Positions 49,990 to 51,963 of a stretch of DNA of 51,963 nucleotides are shown here, piece by piece (position 1 is the first letter of the stretch; each line of letters starts with the position of its first letter). The translations under genes were made by a program, and so were the position numbers. The stretch is from Bacteroidales bacterium (lineage in GTDB: Bacteria > Bacteroidota > Bacteroidia > Bacteroidales > Prolixibacteraceae), in the NCBI GenBank assembly GCA_012522835.1, contig JAAYJR010000538.1:1-51963 (forward strand). Reading direction: 5' to 3'. The notes below the pieces were generated by a model, which worked only from the letters and a program-made list of their open reading frames with translations, was not told the origin of the DNA and searched no databases.

Positions 49990-51396
49990 TCAAAGGAAAA
50001 TGAAGGAACCTGTAAGCAGGAAGATAAAATAAATTGCTCCAAATATCGCACCCATTCCCCACCATCTGCTTTGAGAGATATACCCCGCACCGTACCAGAT
50101 AGGTGAAGGGCCTGTGGCATATGGAGTTAAAATTCCCATGATACCAAGGCTTCCGGCTAATAAAATCAAAAAGGGAATTAATTGCCCTGGTTCCAGAACA
50201 TTTACTGCAACAGCGACAAAGAGAGGCATAAGAGCAGTAGTATGGGCAGTTGTACTGGCAAAGAAATAGTGCAAAACATAAAACAGCAGTAACATTGAAA
50301 TTATCAGAAGCACAGGAGACATATTTGTCAAAGCAGCTTCTGAATTAGTTCCAATCCATGATAATATGCCCACCTTTTCAAGTCCGGAGGCCATTGCCAC
50401 GAGTGAAGCAAACCAGATCAAAATATTGAATGCTTCCTTTTTTGAAATAACATCCTCCCATGTAATAACATTAAACAGTACCATAACAGCAACTACTGAA
50501 ATAGCTGTTGTGGTAGCATGTATACCAATTCGTTCTCCAAAGATCCATAATATAAGCGCAATTCCGGCAAGTGAGGCCATCATAACCTCTTTTTTTGTCA
50601 CCCGTCCTAACGACTTCAACTCTTTGTCGGCCCATTCAGGTGCTTCAGGAGAATACTTCTGGCCAGGAGGATAGATAATATATACCAGCCATGGGGTCAG
50701 CAAAAAGGCCGGCAACATCAAAGGAAACATTATAGTTGCCCATTCAACCCATGAAACAAGATGCCCTGTACCACCGGAAATGAACTCAACCGCAAGCAGG
50801 TTAGGGGCAAGTGCTGTAAGGAACATTGAACTGGTAACGCAGGTTGAGGATATACCCACCCACATCAGGTAAGATCCCAGCTTTCGCGGTTGATGGTCAG
50901 GTGTGGAATTGAATACCAAAGGAATATTTATGGCCACAGGATAAATAGTACCGGCACTTCTTGCTGTATTAGAAGGCATAAAAGGCGCCAGCAGCAAATC
51001 CGAAAAAGCAACAGCATATCCCAGTCCCAGAGAGCTTTTACCCATATATTTTATCATGATCAGTGATATCCTCTTTCCAAGGCCTGTTTTCTGATATCCC
51101 AGGGCAAACATAAATGCAGCAAAGATCAGCCAGATCAATGTATTAGAAAATCCAGAAAGAGCCCATGTAATGCTCTCTTTAGGGTTACCGGTTAGTTGAA
51201 GGATCGCCACAAGAGACACTCCGGCAAATCCCACCAGGGCTGAAGGAACCGGTTCAAGAATCAAGCCGGTGACCACAGCCATAAAAATTGCCATAAAATG
51301 CCAGCCTTCGATTGTCAATCCTGACGGAACAGGGATCAGCCACATGATGACCAATACAGTAAAGGGAATTATTGCTTTTAAGACTTTTCCTGACAT
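49990..51396 (-). CDS. DASS/SLC13-family anion transporter (divalent anion:Na+ symporter-like)
   Basis: 468-aa polytopic protein. It carries hairpin-type SNT motifs at PFMPSNTARSAG and a second at FFASTTAHTTALMP. The family call is from overall look and the substrate is unknown. Confidence 0.6.
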   Translation of the reverse strand: MSGKVLKAIIPFTVLVIMWLIPVPSGLTIEGWHFMAIFMAVVTGLILEPVPSALVGFAGVSLVAILQLTGNPKESITWALSGFSNTLIWLIFAAFMFALGYQKTGLGKRISLIMIKYMGKSSLGLGYAVAFSDLLLAPFMPSNTARSAGTIYPVAINIPLVFNSTPDHQPRKLGSYLMWVGISSTCVTSSMFLTALAPNLLAVEFISGGTGHLVSWVEWATIMFPLMLPAFLLTPWLVYIIYPPGQKYSPEAPEWADKELKSLGRVTKKEVMMASLAGIALILWIFGERIGIHATTTAISVVAVMVLFNVITWEDVISKKEAFNILIWFASLVAMASGLEKVGILSWIGTNSEAALTNMSPVLLIISMLLLFYVLHYFFASTTAHTTALMPLFVAVAVNVLEPGQLIPFLILLAGSLGIMGILTPYATGPSPIWYGAGYISQSRWWGMGAIFGAIYFIFLLTGSFIFL

Positions 51397-51569
51397 CTTC
51401 TTTTTATTAGGCGATACATTTAGTTCTCATAATTTTACAAATAAACCCTATCTCCAAAAATCATATATTTGAAATGAAAATTGATTGATATCCTAATTTT
51501 TTAACAAATTTGCAGAAAAAATATCTCTACTCAATAAAAATTGATATTTAATAAAAATATTTTACCGGC

Positions 51570-51963
51570 ATGTTAAAAAAAATTGTTTACCCTGTGCTGA
51601 CCTTAGCTGTTGTAGCCCAGGGATGCACATCAAAACAAAACGAACGGAAACCAAATGTAATAATTATATACACTGATGATGTGGGTTATGGCGATATCGG
51701 CTGTTATGGCAGTGATGAGGTCTCAACACCTAACATCGACCGGCTGGCTGACCAGGGAATCCGCTTTACCAATGCATATGCCTGCGCCTCAACCTGCACT
51801 CCGTCGAGGTATGCCCTGCTGACAGGTGAATATCACTGGAGAAAACCTCCCGGATGGAGCGTGGGAAAAATAAAGGGTGTCAGCATAGCTCCCGGTGCTG
51901 CAGGCATACTCATTGACCCTGCAAAGCCAACCCATCCCTTTCTCCATAAAAGTTCAGGATACA
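51570..51963 (+). CDS. Sulfatase (S1 family), 3'-truncated by the window end
   Basis: This ORF is not in the supplied track because it has no stop in the window. My own translation is MLKKIVYPVLTLAVVAQGCTSK... (lipoprotein signal), NVIIIYTDDVGYGDIGCYG, and formylglycine signature CTPSRYALLTGEY. Confidence 0.85.
   Translation, partial: MLKKIVYPVLTLAVVAQGCTSKQNERKPNVIIIYTDDVGYGDIGCYGSDEVSTPNIDRLADQGIRFTNAYACASTCTPSRYALLTGEYHWRKPPGWSVGKIKGVSIAPGAAGILIDPAKPTHPFLHKSSGY

Overview
The window is an AT-rich, gene-dense chromosomal segment that looks like Bacteroidota. Supporting signs are TAnnTTTG-type -7 boxes, no obvious Shine-Dalgarno sequences, Tat-signal Gfo/Idh/MocA and GH109-like enzymes, a TonB-dependent receptor with a CarboxypepD_reg N-terminus, SurA/OstA-like envelope genes and a DUF5063-like gene. 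I found about 40 protein genes and no rRNA, tRNA, CRISPR array, transposase or integrase. All non-coding gaps are 351 nt or shorter.

Layout, left to right:
- (i) A 5'-truncated hybrid histidine kinase.
- (ii) A 10-gene minus-strand run (14798 to 1881): Tat oxidoreductase, signal-peptide NagA-like deacetylase, atypical NRAMP-like transporter, NagB, GlcNAc-6-sulfatase-like enzyme, about 1,235-aa double beta-propeller/malectin protein, unknown lipoprotein, 73-aa membrane protein, FtsX permease, ABC ATPase.
- (iii) Housekeeping and sugar genes: M20 amidohydrolase, LigA with a large insertion, sugar MFS transporter plus GalK, acyl-CoA ligase, glucuronokinase-like GHMP kinase plus GalU, APS-type CysH.
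- (iv) WRN-like 3'-5' exonuclease, DUF5063-like protein and RecQ.
- (v) guaB, two SurA-like genes, moxR and an OstA-like gene.
- (vi) A leuA-leuC-leuD-cimA-leuB operon, preceded by an Ile/Leu-rich leader peptide with terminator/antiterminator hairpins.
- (vii) An Omp85-type barrel gene interrupted by one in-frame TAG.
- (viii) A glycan-foraging set: GH109-like enzyme, sialate O-acetylesterase, TonB receptor, DASS transporter and a second, 3'-truncated sulfatase.

The best candidate for an undescribed system is the sulfatase, giant propeller, lipoprotein, mini-TM and MacB-type ABC module at 1881..9978, together with its upstream periplasmic NagA-like and NRAMP-like genes. All functional calls rest on motif recognition by eye. 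No database search was run.
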